This document shows, in pieces, positions 28,419 through 40,600 of a stretch of 64,000 nt of DNA. Numbering within the stretch: the stretch's first letter is position 1; each line of letters opens with the position of its first letter. Below the pieces are notes generated by a model. That model worked only from the letters and a program-made list of their open reading frames with translations. It made no database searches and was not told the DNA's origin. Origin of the DNA: Turneriella sp. (GTDB lineage Bacteria > Spirochaetota > Leptospiria > Turneriellales > Turneriellaceae). The position numbers and the translations under genes are program-made. Where the stretch lies: positions 2,080,001 through 2,144,000 of the forward strand of contig CBDIID010000003.1 of the NCBI GenBank assembly GCA_965279515.1. Direction: 5' to 3'.

Positions 28419-31400
28419 ATGGAAGTTTTTGGGCGCGGCAGGCGAGTCTTTCGCCCCGTTTTTACGGGGTTTATTATTGTCACATTTGCCGCGTCGTGTT
28501 CCTTCCTTAAACTAGACAAAGATAAGAACTGCCTGAACGAGACCTCGGGCTGTTTTAAGCCTGATAAGACCCCACCTAAACTTGCCCAGGCAATTCCAGA
28601 CCCGGCGCAGAACGTCAACGCGCTGCCAACAGTAGACCTGGTCTTCTCCGAAGAGCCCAAAGACGGTGATAACATCAATAACTACACGCTTGATAAATCA
28701 GGGGGGGCCGTTAACATGCAGCTGCTCTCCGTCGAGAAGGTGAACAGCAACACCTATCGATTGCGCTTTGGTGGATCCGTCAACAACGGCCCCATTACCA
28801 TTGGCTTTGCGGCACTCCGGGACTATGGCGGCAATTCGATGAGCAATCCGGCCATGGTTACCTATACAGGTAACGTTACGATGAGTGTCGATATCACCGT
28901 CGACGGCGACCGCAAAGGTGTCAGCCCAGCAGGCTACCCTAACGTGGTCATGCACTTCAAGCATAACTATTACACCGATGCCAGCAATAACTGGGATATC
29001 CGCTCTGTATCAGGCTCTGTCGCCGATTGTGCACTGGGCACGTCGATCAACAGCGGAACGGGGCTGCCAAACTCACAGACTATCGATCAGACAATTTTGC
29101 AGGCCTCATTCGCGAACGGACAGAACATGATCGTGGTCTGTGTGAAAAATACCGTGAATCCCGCGGCGCAAGCGGTTGGCTACTGGCCGATACTTAAACC
29201 CACAGCTACGTTTACGTGGAATATTACTCCACCCAATGATAGCAGTTTCCGCGACCCCGTTGCCGTCAGCGTCACATGCGGCCCGAATAAAGACAAGATA
29301 ATTATGCGGTCCGCCGTGCAGCAAAACACGAATCCCGCAGACCCTAACCCGCTGCCTTCTTTCAATGCCGACGGCTCCATCAATAACGGTTCGCTTTATG
29401 CCGCGGGACTCATGGCAGAAAATCCCGCAAATCCCACACACAGCAAATTCAGTTTCAGTTGCATCGACATCGCGGGCAGAATAAGCACGCCCCCTTTGGC
29501 TGCTTATCATTATTATATCGACAATACGATACCGGCCGTGAACATGCTGCCCGACCCCAACTATCACGATTTCATTTCATCGGTCGTGGGCTCTTTTAAC
29601 ACCACGACGCTGAAATTCAGCACAGACCAAACGAGCAAAACTTATAACATAAGGAAGGGCGGAACTACCTGCGACTTGGGTGGTGACGGCACACTCATTA
29701 CCTCCGGAACCACAGACCCCACTCCGGGAAATCCAACATCGGTCATACTCGATACCAGTACCGCAAACCATTTCACCACTGCGAACACCACGTACGATGT
29801 GCGTGTCTGCATTGCTGGCACGGGTGTTTCATGGGGCATGGCCTACCTGCAAATTACGCGCGATGACAATGTGCCGACGATTACGCCTAACATCGTCGGT
29901 GGCTCGTACGGGGTCATACAGAGTGTTCTTTTCACATGTACTGATAACCAGAGTATCATGGGTTATGAAAGTACGGAACTGGCAGGCTCCACAGCCCCTG
30001 TCGCACCCTCCGGCCCTGTTTATTCGGGAGGCACTTTTCCGTTGCCGGGTAAGGAATTCACTGGAACATTTACGCCGACGGATGCCAGCACGACCATTAT
30101 CCGTTATATGTGCGTCGACAAAGCCAACAATAAATCCACGATTGGCCAGCAGCAATACAGAGTTGATTCAACCCTGCCGAATGTTAACCTTGTCAGCAAT
30201 GAGCGCACCTCGCTCAGCGGTAACGCGGGTGCATACGCAACGTCGCAGCTCATTTGGAACTCGACAAGAGGATCGCTCCCCTATGAGATCCGGCGTTCCG
30301 GTAACTGCAATGGCGGTCCTGCCGGCGATGCGGCGAACACCATTCTCTCCGGTACGACCCCGGTATCCGTAAGCGGGGTTTATCCCAATGTCATCTCTAC
30401 GCTGACGGCGGCAATGTTTCCCACAAATGCGGTAACCTATAACCTGAAGATATGTGTTTTCAATTACCTCGGTACGCCCAGCTATCAGCCCACAGCGCTC
30501 TCTGTACTCCGGGATGATGGCTATCCAACCTTCGCAGGGCTTACTGCGATCGCATCGACCGGTGGGGCAAATTTCACCGTGAGCTGGAATGCCGCTACGG
30601 ATGCAAACTCCGGACCTGCCTTTTACAACATCTACATAGCCACCGCTCCGGGAGGACCATACAATACTGTCAGTTATACCGCAGCGCATCCCGCCACGAG
30701 CATCAATATCACGGTACCGAATCCAGCGCAGACATACTATCTCATCGCCGGAGCCGTGGATATCGCCGGCAACGAAACCAAGGTCACCGCAGCAGAACTT
30801 TCGTCAAAACCCACCATCACCCTCGTCGTTGCGGGACTCGATACCGCAAACAGCAAGACATTCAGCCTGACCGACGGCAGCGCCTCCCAAACCATTACCA
30901 CAAATGCAACGAGCACATGGGCAACGACGCTCGGCATGAATGCGACCTATAACTTTCAGATTACCGCGCAACCTGTCGGCCAGGTCTGCGGCATAAGACA
31001 AAAACAATTCGGTGCATTGGTTTCTGACCTCACTGTCAACGTCGACTGCACGAACGGCCAGATGGTCGCCGGCCGTTTCCAGCAGGTAAAAGCTTCGAAT
31101 GTCAGCTACATGCTTTACCGCGCATCGAGTACGGCGCTAGCCTCGTCGCAGACCAACCCTACATCACTGATCTATGCCGCGGGTTATATCTTTTACGGAA
31201 ACTACGCCGACTGCGATGGCGGCACTCCGGGAAATCAGTATTGCCTTTTCAAAGTTCCTGCAACATCGGGCTCCGTGGCGACGCATGTTACAGGGATAAC
31301 GGCACCGGTACGCGGTGTAACTACCGACGGCACGAGTATTTATTACAGTGTCGAATCACCCAACAATGGAATATACAAAGTCCCTATCGCAGGCGGAACT

Positions 31401-34400
31401 TCTACCTTGCTGACAAATGCGATCACTTCACCATATGGCATCGCCACGGACGGCAATTATCTCTATGTCTGTGGGGCCGGTGCTCTGACGATTCGCCGCA
31501 TTGACCTTGCTACCGGAACAATCGCAGATATCGCGGGTCCATTGGCAAATTATCCGCTGGGTATCGAAGTCGTCGGCACCGATCTTTATTTTACCACATG
31601 GGGTACGCACGCGATCTACAAGGTGCCCAAATCAGGCGGATCACCCACGGTGGTCTTTGGCAGCTCCGGAACTTCGGGCATGCAGGACGGCAATGGAACC
31701 GGCGCACTCTTAAATCAGCCGCACGACCTTGTCTACGACGGCGTCGATAACCTGTACTTCGCAGAGTACGGCGGCAACCGCATGAAAAAGGCCAAACTCT
31801 CGACGGGCAGGGTGATTACACTTTTAGGCGATGGCTCGGCAGCCTTCTCGCTGGGCGGAGGCGCCTCCGCCAAGGTGCAAAATCCCGTTGGCATCACCAG
31901 CGACGGCAAACGTATCTTTCTGAGTAACCATAACGCCGGTTCGAGCGTGGTGCGTATCGCCGATCAAAATAATGTCGGCTACTGGCCACTCAATGCCCAG
32001 CCCTCTGACTTCAGTAGCGATGGTTTCAACGGATCTTTCGATATGACGCCGACCGGCAGCCATACGGTAGTACCGGGTCGTTACAACGAAGCGAACGGAG
32101 CTTATCGCTTTGATGGCTCCTCGACCTGGTTTTCGACCCCACACCAAAACCAGTTCAATCTGAGCAGTGCCTATACGATTAGCGCGTGGATCAACACCAA
32201 CAGCACAGCAAGCCAGCGTATCGTCGACAAGACTACTGCAGGTGCAGCCAACGGCTATGTACTCGATATCGTCTCTAACCGTTATCGCCTGATCCATGGC
32301 GTATCGGTATCGACCGAATTGGTCTCTAACAGCATAGTGACGACGGGCACGTGGGTGCAAGTGCTCGCGACATATTCACAGCTGGAAAAACGCGCGCGCA
32401 TCTATATCAACGGCCACCTCGACGCCGAGCAAATTTTCGGCACTTCTGCTTCGACACCCAGCAATACCCTGGCGCTGCGCATCGGCTCAGATTCCAATAA
32501 TGCCAATGTATTCAGCGGCGCGATGGCGGCTGTACGGATTTATGGCCGGGTTCTCAACGATGCCGAAATCAATGAACTTGCGCAGGATGCAAGCCCAGCC
32601 CAGGTCGGTAACTCCTACAATACCGGTCCCACAGAAGCCGCAGTTATTTTCCAGTTTACCGGCGGCACTGCAGGGAATGCAAATATGACAAGCTCCGGCC
32701 CATCGGGTAACGGGCTTACTCCCTTATGCAGCAGCCCGATCGGCAAGGATGGGGATGCAGCTGGTTCTTGTTATCTTGACGGTAACAACAACCTCGTTAC
32801 CTCAAGTGGCGGCAGCGCGGGAACTCCATGGGGTAGCGCCCCGCGTACCCTTTGCATCTGGTTCAATCCACAGCGGATTCCCGCCAATGACGTGCTCATC
32901 GCCCATGGAAACCCGGTAGCTCCCAATTTCCGCGGCTTTGGCATTACGCTGCTCAACGGTGCGCAGATCCAGTTTTTCAACTGGGGCGGACCGAATGTGG
33001 TCTACAATTATCCGGTTCAACTCAACACGTGGCAGCATGTCTGTGGCACAGCGACGGGGAACACGGTTGAAATGTTCATGAACGGCGCATCTCTCGGCGC
33101 GAATAGCGGCGGCATCGGAACCTTAAATACGGTGAATGACGCCGGATCGGTATTATCTCTGGGTTCGGCACTCGACGGAAATTCTGCCTTGATGTTCCAG
33201 GGCACCATCGACGATGCGCGCATCTATAATAAAGTTCTTACCGCGGCGGAAATCCGCCAGTTGGCCACGCAAGTACCGACGGGACTTGTTGCGCGCTATG
33301 ATTTCAACGGGGACACGAACGATGTCAGCGGCCTGGGGAATAATCTGACCAATAGCGGCGCGACTGCCAGCACCGATCGTTTCGGCATACCAAACGGGGC
33401 CTATCGTTTCAACGGTGCGAATAACCTCATGATAAATTCTTCGACCTCGCTGCCGTTTGCCACGGGCAACTTCGACAGAACAATGTGCTTCTGGGGGCGC
33501 GCCGATCAGGCCCTCAGCGGCGTCCGCATCGGCGTCGCTTATGGCAACAGCTCTACGAATCAGACCTCTCAGATCGGTTTCAACACCCTTAACACCAGTT
33601 CGCCTACAACGTTAGGCTGCGCCTATGGTGCGCCGTGTTCGCCGGCGGGATACATCCACCAGAATACATGGCACCATGTATGTATGGTTGTCAACGCGAC
33701 CAACGCACAAATGTACCTGAATGGCGGCACTCTTGACACCAATGGCGCCGGCGCTGGCACCACTGTTTCTGCAACCGCCTGGAATACACCGGCGGGTCCC
33801 CTTGTCATCGGCAGCTTCAACGGGCAATACTGGTTTCCCGGCGACATGGATGATATCCGGATTTACAACCGTGCGCTTTCGGCTACCGAGATTCAGGCTC
33901 TCGTACAGCAGCCGAACAAAAGGATCTATGTCACAGCGAACACTTACAGCGGTGATCTTAGAAATGGTGGCGCAGGCACAGGTGTGGCAGGCGCTGATAT
34001 CAAGTGCAACGCCGCAGATGCAAATAAGCCAGCGACGGGTGTTTATAAAGCGATGCTTGGCGATGGTTTGAATCGTCGCGCTTGCACCTCGGGTTACTGT
34101 GCAAGCGGTGGAGTCACGGAGGGTATCGATTGGGTACTGAGACCCAATGTAACTTACACAACCAGTGGGGGTACGCTTCCCATCTTTACCGCTGACTGGA
34201 ACGGTTCCTGGAACTTCCTCGGAGCCGCCCCCACAGGTGGAAACTTTCTTAATGCGGTCAGCGCTACAGCTGTGACGCCATGGACGGGAATGACATTTAA
34301 CTGGAGTACCGATGCGGCTTGTGGTCACTGGGATGGCATTGCCACATCGGATGATAAGGGAGTCTTTGGGCGTGCGAATTCCACGTCCCAGCCAGCGAGC

Positions 34401-34499
34401 ACCGGGGGCGTACTCTATGAATTGTGGACGGGCAACACGACGGGAACCATGGTGTCTTGCCTGGCTTCCTCGTATCCGCTCTACTGCGTCGAGCAGTAG
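28419..34499 (+). CDS. Giant surface lipoprotein 1 (Ig-like/Fn3 stalk, NHL propeller, 3 LamG, C-terminal DUF1554/Len-like domain)
   Basis: Lipobox FAAS-C27, DKTPP..FSEE Ig domain, CIDIAG/CVDKAN modules, SWNAATD Fn3, NHL repeats (PYGIATDG, PVGITSDG), three RIY..L..EI LamG ends, tip GADIKCN..YKAML..DWVLRPN..LYCVEQ. Confidence 0.9.
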   Translation: MEVFGRGRRVFRPVFTGFIIVTFAASCSFLKLDKDKNCLNETSGCFKPDKTPPKLAQAIPDPAQNVNALPTVDLVFSEEPKDGDNINNYTLDKSGGAVNMQLLSVEKVNSNTYRLRFGGSVNNGPITIGFAALRDYGGNSMSNPAMVTYTGNVTMSVDITVDGDRKGVSPAGYPNVVMHFKHNYYTDASNNWDIRSVSGSVADCALGTSINSGTGLPNSQTIDQTILQASFANGQNMIVVCVKNTVNPAAQAVGYWPILKPTATFTWNITPPNDSSFRDPVAVSVTCGPNKDKIIMRSAVQQNTNPADPNPLPSFNADGSINNGSLYAAGLMAENPANPTHSKFSFSCIDIAGRISTPPLAAYHYYIDNTIPAVNMLPDPNYHDFISSVVGSFNTTTLKFSTDQTSKTYNIRKGGTTCDLGGDGTLITSGTTDPTPGNPTSVILDTSTANHFTTANTTYDVRVCIAGTGVSWGMAYLQITRDDNVPTITPNIVGGSYGVIQSVLFTCTDNQSIMGYESTELAGSTAPVAPSGPVYSGGTFPLPGKEFTGTFTPTDASTTIIRYMCVDKANNKSTIGQQQYRVDSTLPNVNLVSNERTSLSGNAGAYATSQLIWNSTRGSLPYEIRRSGNCNGGPAGDAANTILSGTTPVSVSGVYPNVISTLTAAMFPTNAVTYNLKICVFNYLGTPSYQPTALSVLRDDGYPTFAGLTAIASTGGANFTVSWNAATDANSGPAFYNIYIATAPGGPYNTVSYTAAHPATSINITVPNPAQTYYLIAGAVDIAGNETKVTAAELSSKPTITLVVAGLDTANSKTFSLTDGSASQTITTNATSTWATTLGMNATYNFQITAQPVGQVCGIRQKQFGALVSDLTVNVDCTNGQMVAGRFQQVKASNVSYMLYRASSTALASSQTNPTSLIYAAGYIFYGNYADCDGGTPGNQYCLFKVPATSGSVATHVTGITAPVRGVTTDGTSIYYSVESPNNGIYKVPIAGGTSTLLTNAITSPYGIATDGNYLYVCGAGALTIRRIDLATGTIADIAGPLANYPLGIEVVGTDLYFTTWGTHAIYKVPKSGGSPTVVFGSSGTSGMQDGNGTGALLNQPHDLVYDGVDNLYFAEYGGNRMKKAKLSTGRVITLLGDGSAAFSLGGGASAKVQNPVGITSDGKRIFLSNHNAGSSVVRIADQNNVGYWPLNAQPSDFSSDGFNGSFDMTPTGSHTVVPGRYNEANGAYRFDGSSTWFSTPHQNQFNLSSAYTISAWINTNSTASQRIVDKTTAGAANGYVLDIVSNRYRLIHGVSVSTELVSNSIVTTGTWVQVLATYSQLEKRARIYINGHLDAEQIFGTSASTPSNTLALRIGSDSNNANVFSGAMAAVRIYGRVLNDAEINELAQDASPAQVGNSYNTGPTEAAVIFQFTGGTAGNANMTSSGPSGNGLTPLCSSPIGKDGDAAGSCYLDGNNNLVTSSGGSAGTPWGSAPRTLCIWFNPQRIPANDVLIAHGNPVAPNFRGFGITLLNGAQIQFFNWGGPNVVYNYPVQLNTWQHVCGTATGNTVEMFMNGASLGANSGGIGTLNTVNDAGSVLSLGSALDGNSALMFQGTIDDARIYNKVLTAAEIRQLATQVPTGLVARYDFNGDTNDVSGLGNNLTNSGATASTDRFGIPNGAYRFNGANNLMINSSTSLPFATGNFDRTMCFWGRADQALSGVRIGVAYGNSSTNQTSQIGFNTLNTSSPTTLGCAYGAPCSPAGYIHQNTWHHVCMVVNATNAQMYLNGGTLDTNGAGAGTTVSATAWNTPAGPLVIGSFNGQYWFPGDMDDIRIYNRALSATEIQALVQQPNKRIYVTANTYSGDLRNGGAGTGVAGADIKCNAADANKPATGVYKAMLGDGLNRRACTSGYCASGGVTEGIDWVLRPNVTYTTSGGTLPIFTADWNGSWNFLGAAPTGGNFLNAVSATAVTPWTGMTFNWSTDAACGHWDGIATSDDKGVFGRANSTSQPASTGGVLYELWTGNTTGTMVSCLASSYPLYCVEQ

Positions 34500-34536
34500 T
34501 CCAGACCTGTAAAAAAGAACAGTCTCGACTCGCCAT

Positions 34537-34553
34537 TAGGCACTCTCATTGCT
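34537..34553 (+). promoter_or_regulatory. Putative sigma54 (-24/-12) promoter of giant lipoprotein 2
   Basis: TAGGCAC-TCTCA-TTGCT matches the TGGCAC-N5-TTGCW consensus with exact GG-N10-GC spacing. Confidence 0.55.
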
Positions 34554-34626
34554 GCAGTAAATTCAGAAAATGTTGGACACCTTGTGGAGGGCGGTTCAGT
34601 ATAATGCTAAAAGGGCGTACCCCACG

Positions 34627-37600
34627 ATGAAATCAGTAGCGCACTTTTTCACCTTGGTCTACGCTGGCATCGTCTTGTCCTGTTCGGGCCTAAAGCTCGA
34701 CAAGGATTCAAATTGTATCAATCAATCCTCCGGGTGCTTTCGCGCCGATAAAACCCCACCCGAATTCCGTCAGGCCGTCGACCCGCTCCCCTATCTCCCG
34801 GGAAACAACACAATTTCGACGCTGGCGAAAGTCGATATCATGTTCTCTGAAGAACTCAATAATCCGAAAACTTCCGATTTTATCTTCAGCGGACCAGGCA
34901 CAGGAACCAGCGGCATCAAAGTCAACGCCATTGAAAAAATCGACAAGTATACATACCGCCTTCTGGTTTCCGCTTCGCTCGAAACCGGAAATATCTTTCT
35001 CGATTTTCCCAATCTGAAAGATTACAATGGAAATCCGATCACCGGCAATACGCAAATTAATTATTATGGCAACGTCGATATCGCGGTGCCTTTTACTGTT
35101 AATCGAAATGGCCTCAGCAGCAGTTCGGGTTATAGTCAAATCGATGTGAATTGGAGCTATACATACGTACCGCCGACAGCGAGTACAACCATCTACACCG
35201 TGAAATTGACGAACGGTTCGACCGACTGCAATACGGCGTCGGCGTTGGCCTGGTCTGGAGTCGGTACGCCGATACCGAGCCCCGCTGCAGGTTCAACGGT
35301 AACTTCGGGCACTTCGTATTCTTTTTCCATCGACACCAACGACGTAACAACTTCGGGTGATCAGGTACTGCTGATCTGCGTATCGAACGCAACACACAAC
35401 AAGCGCGGCACGGCCGCGATATCTTTCTTACAGAACAGCAGCGCGCCAACCACGACACTGTCGCCGACCTTCGGCCCTTCGGGTAGCCCTAAAGCTCTGA
35501 CATTTACCTGCGCTCCCTACATGGATAAAATCATCTACAGCTCGGATTTTACATCAGGCAACGGTGTCGATCCGCTAGTGGGATCTCCCACCGATCCGAC
35601 CTTTAATGCCGCAACGGGCGCGGTGACTTCAGGCAGTTTATACGACGCGGCCAGTAAGCCGCTCACTCCCTACATCGCAGACCCGACTCATTCGCGGTTT
35701 GAATTCCGCTGCATCGACCGAGCCGGTAATATCGAAGCGATCAAAAATTCGGGTAATCTGAACACGGAAACCTATGTCGTCGACAGCACCTTGCCTGAAG
35801 TTACGATCACGCACGTGTACCGGGCGACCACAACCCGCGAAATTACCGGGCTCAGCAATAAAGCCCTTGCACATCAATCTGCCGATATTATCTGGCACAC
35901 CAATCAGGTTACTAAGCCATTTTCGCTGCGTAAAGGTTCTACCAGTTGCCTTGCTGCTGACGGAACTCTCGTTACATCCGGAACTACGCCTGGTGTCGCA
36001 AATCAGGATATCACAACGACTATTTCATACAATAGTTCAGGCATCGCCGTTGGCACAAACGACCTGCGCCTGTGCGTCCAAAACGGAGGTTCCTATGGTC
36101 AGGATACGCGGACGATTATCCGGACCACGGACAACCATACACCCACGACCACCGTAAACGTCGGTGGTGGTAGTTATGGAACTGTACAAAATATCGTTGT
36201 GACTTGCAATGATACGAATCCCGAAGGTGTCATTTACGATGCCAGTTCTGCCGATGGCGCTACAGTACCAACGCCGCCCACAGGGCCACTCTATAGCCCG
36301 ATAGGTGTCCGCATTTCCGGCCTAGATCATTTAAGTCCCATTACGCTTCTGAACCAAAAAACCACGACCATAAACTGGCGCTGCATCGATGTCGGCGGTA
36401 ACGAGAGTACTTTGGGTACTGCGACGTATACGATAGATTCGGTAATTCCGCTCGTGAATGTCACATACTTCGAGCGCCCTTCCGTCAGTAATCTCGCGGG
36501 CGCCTACCCCAGCGTTCAGATGAACTGGACGACAGACAAGCCGGGATTGCAGTATGAAATCCGCAATTCGGGTAATTGCAATGGCGGTTTCGGAGGCGGA
36601 GGTACAGCAACACGGTATTCCGGCACCGCAGCGGCATCGAATAGCCAAAACCTCAGTATTGCCAGCGGCGATTTCCCGGTCGTCGGCAATACGTACAATA
36701 TCAAGGTCTGCGTTTTTAATGCCGCGAATATTGCCGGTTACCAGACGACTGCGAACGATGTCACTCGCGATGAGACACGGCCCGTTATTGGCGATCCATC
36801 CACAACCAATACCCCTGTAAATTCAACTAACTTCACCATTTCGTGGAATGCTGCCAGCGACAATGTCGGCGTCGCCGCATACCGGATTTTTCGCTCGGTA
36901 ACTTCGGGAGTCTACGGTTCAACTCCCGACTACACCGCCGTCAGTACTTCGACGACGCTCACCATGCCCGACACGCAGAAATACTTTCTGCGCGTCGTGC
37001 CGATCGACGCTGCGGGCAACGTTCCGGTGACTCCGGCAAACTATACAGAAATTTCCACAAAGCCGGATATCCGGCTAATCATCTCGGGCCTGAGCGGCAC
37101 AATAAAAATCAACGATGGCGCGCAGGCAGACCAAAGTTTCGCGGCCAATATCCCCGGCCCGGGAAGTCTTTGGAACACGCCGCTGACGCTTGGCCAAAAT
37201 TATGCCTTCAGCATCACGCAGCAACCCGCAGGGCAACTCTGCGCGATACGCGAAAAACAATTTGGCTCGCTGTCAGGCGACCTGACGATCACAGTGAATT
37301 GTGCCGTCGGTTATATTACCGGTGGTACGTACCTGCAAATACCGCCCGCGCCTGTTAACTACATGCTCTACCGCGGCAGGGCGTCGACAGACGTAGCGAG
37401 ATCGGTCTCAGGAGTTTCCGGTGCTTTTGTTTCATCAGGTATCGCCATCACCAGCAGTGGAACTTCATTTGTTACGGACCCTGGTACGAGTCAGATTTAC
37501 CGCATCTCAGGCAGCTCACTCATCAGCGTCGCCGGCAACGGCAGTATAGCGGGCATTGCGGACGGTAACGGAGCCGCGGCAACATTTCACAATCCGAGTT

Positions 37601-40600
37601 ACATCTCTTCTGACGGAACGAACATTTATATTTCCCAGGTCGGCAGTAGCCTTGGCAGCAACACCAATGACGGCATCCGTAAACTGGACCCGGCCGGCAA
37701 CGTCACAACGTTGGTGAGCGGCGCTGCCGTGCTTGACCCTGAAGGGATCGTCGTCTTGGGCAACACGCTCTACTGGGCGAACCGCAATTCGCATCAAGTG
37801 AAAGCGTTGGATATCACCACAGGAGTTGTTTCGGTATTCGCAGGCACTGGCACCCTGGGTGCGTCAGATGGCCCAGGCAGCACAGCCACTTTCAACCAAC
37901 CGATGGGTTTGACTGCCTTGGGCGGCAAGCTCTATGTAACGGAATTTGGAAATCACCGCATTCGGGTGATTAACATCTCATCGCAGGCGGTGAGTACACT
38001 GATGGGCAGTAGCGCCGGTGCAGTCGACGGTACGGTCTCCGTGGCTAAATTTAACGGGCCTTCAGGAATCACAACAGATGGTTTCGATTTATATGTTACC
38101 GACTATATAGGCCGTACTGTGAGGCGCATCCGCCTCGACCGCAATGGCGGCAGCAACCACATTGCCTCAACCATCGTGGGCAGCGGGGCAACGGGCGGGG
38201 CCAACGGTATCGGCACAGTGGCCACCTTTACAGGGCCCGTGGCCATCGCCACGAATGGCAGACAGCTTTTTGTCTCTGATGAGGGTAATGGAACCATCCG
38301 CAAAATTGCTGATTGGGGCGCAGTGGGCTACTGGCCCAATAACTTTGGTAACCAGCAAGAGTATGCATCCGACATCGGTTCGCCCCTGACTGGCAGTTTA
38401 ACAGGCTCGATTTCCGATACAAGCACTGCTGACAGGTACAATAATGCCGGCGGAGCACAAAATCTGCAGGGCGCGGAATACGTGACAGCAAGCGCGACAG
38501 GCGTGACGGGCACCGCCTGTAACGCAACGCTTGCTGCATGGTATAAACCGAGCTCGCTCGCTGCCTCGCAGGGGATTGCCTACAACGGAAATAGCGGCAA
38601 CAGTGGCTTTGGTCTCATGTTCGACGCGACCACCGGCATCCGCGGCCTGCTGGGTGGCGTTGTGTGGATACCGGCCGTAGGCAACAGCTTCATGCCTCCG
38701 CTAAATCAATGGACACACGTCACATTGCGGTGCTCATCTGGTAACCGCTGGACTCTTTTCATTAACGGCCATAAACTCGCCGACAGCGTTAACTCCCCGC
38801 TGTCGAATCCTTTGGGCCAAATGACAATCGGGCGCGATACGATTTCCGCATACGTCAACGGGTCTGTTACAGACATACGGTTATACAACCGCTCGCTCGA
38901 CGAGGGTGAAATTAACGAACTGGCGCAGGACGCTTCGACCAGCATTGCTGTAACTGGCATCAGCCGTAATGCAGGAGCCACAGGTTTATTGACGCATTTC
39001 GAAATGGATAACGGCTCACTTGCTGATTCAGGCGCGATAAACACCCCGATCGTCAGCTCGAACGGCACTCTCGTTACTGGGAAGGACGGCGATACGAACG
39101 GAGCTTACTCGTTCAGCGCGGCATCCAGCCAATACCAGGCGACGTCATCCATCATCGCTGACGGTGCATCCGCGAATGGTGAAATCACTGTCGCGGCGTG
39201 GGTCAGCCCGACGGCATTGCCATCTGTGGGCTCTGTGTACCTGATCGCCTCACACTACTCGGCGTCGGATACAGCCCGTGGCTATTACTTTGAGTACTTT
39301 AACAATGGCGGCACACAGCAGCTCTACTGGACACCATCGGGCGGGTCCGGTGCTTATACGACCAACATCAGCATGCCGCTCAACACCTGGTCGCACGTTG
39401 CGGTAACACATACGGGAACCACTGCGACAATTTACGTAAACGGTCAGGCCATGCCGACGGCACAGGTTTCGCCGCGCCCCTTGGCACAGACGACCGTAGC
39501 GACGCCGATCTATGTGGGCAGGCGCGACGACGGTCTCCTCACCGACGGGAAGGTCGACGATGTGCGCATCTACAACAATGCGCTATCCGCATGGCAAATT
39601 CGTCAACTCGCTACAAACATTCCGACGGGGCTTGTCGCCCGCTATGATTTCACGGGAGATCGTAGCGACATCAGCGGTTTCGGACAAGACCTCAGCAACA
39701 ACGGAGCAAACCTGGGTACGGATCGCTTCGGCCTCGCCAATGCCGCCGCTACATTCAACGGCAGCTCGAACTTCGACGGAGCGATGGCAAACTTCCCTTT
39801 GGGTAACTCACCACGCACGGTCTGCGCGTGGACGAACCCAACCGCATTGTCCGCTGCATTTTCCGAAGTGGTCATGTATGGAGTGAATGGGACATCACAA
39901 GGATGGGGCTTCGGCATGGATGGCTCCGCGACACCGCCTTATGGGCGCATGTTCATATTGGATACCGCCGGAGATTTAGCATACAATCTACCGCATGGCT
40001 TGAACGTTTGGAGGCACATGTGCGCCACGTACAGCGGCGCAACGGAACAGCTCTTTGTCGATGGTACCGCGGTTGCAAGTAAGCCCGTTACATTGGCAAC
40101 GGCATCGGGTACACTCAAGATCGGCCGCGGTATTTTCGCAGGTGCCGACTATTTTACCGGAAGCATTGACGATGTGCGGATCTACAACCGCGCGCTAACG
40201 AATACAGAAATTCAAACATTACTGCAGCAGCCGAATAAGCGTATCGTCCTCAGCGGCCCGACGATGCAAGGTGATATGGGTGGATCGCCTTCAGGCATCA
40301 ACGGGGCGGATCAGCGATGCCCTGGCGGTTATAAAGCGCTTATTGTGGACGGAGCAGTTCGCAGAGCGTGTACGAGTCCAAACTGCACAACAAGCGGCAT
40401 TAGCGAAAATATTCAGTGGGTTATCCGCCCCAATATCACATATCTGCGGGGTGATTTATTCACCATTATCGGTACGGCAAATTTTAACGGTATTGTCCCG
40501 CTACCTTTGACAACGAGCATCACCGGCGCTGCCGATACGGCCTGGACGGGGTTAGAAATTGACTGGACCACAAATAGCAATACCTGCGGCGACTGGTCAT

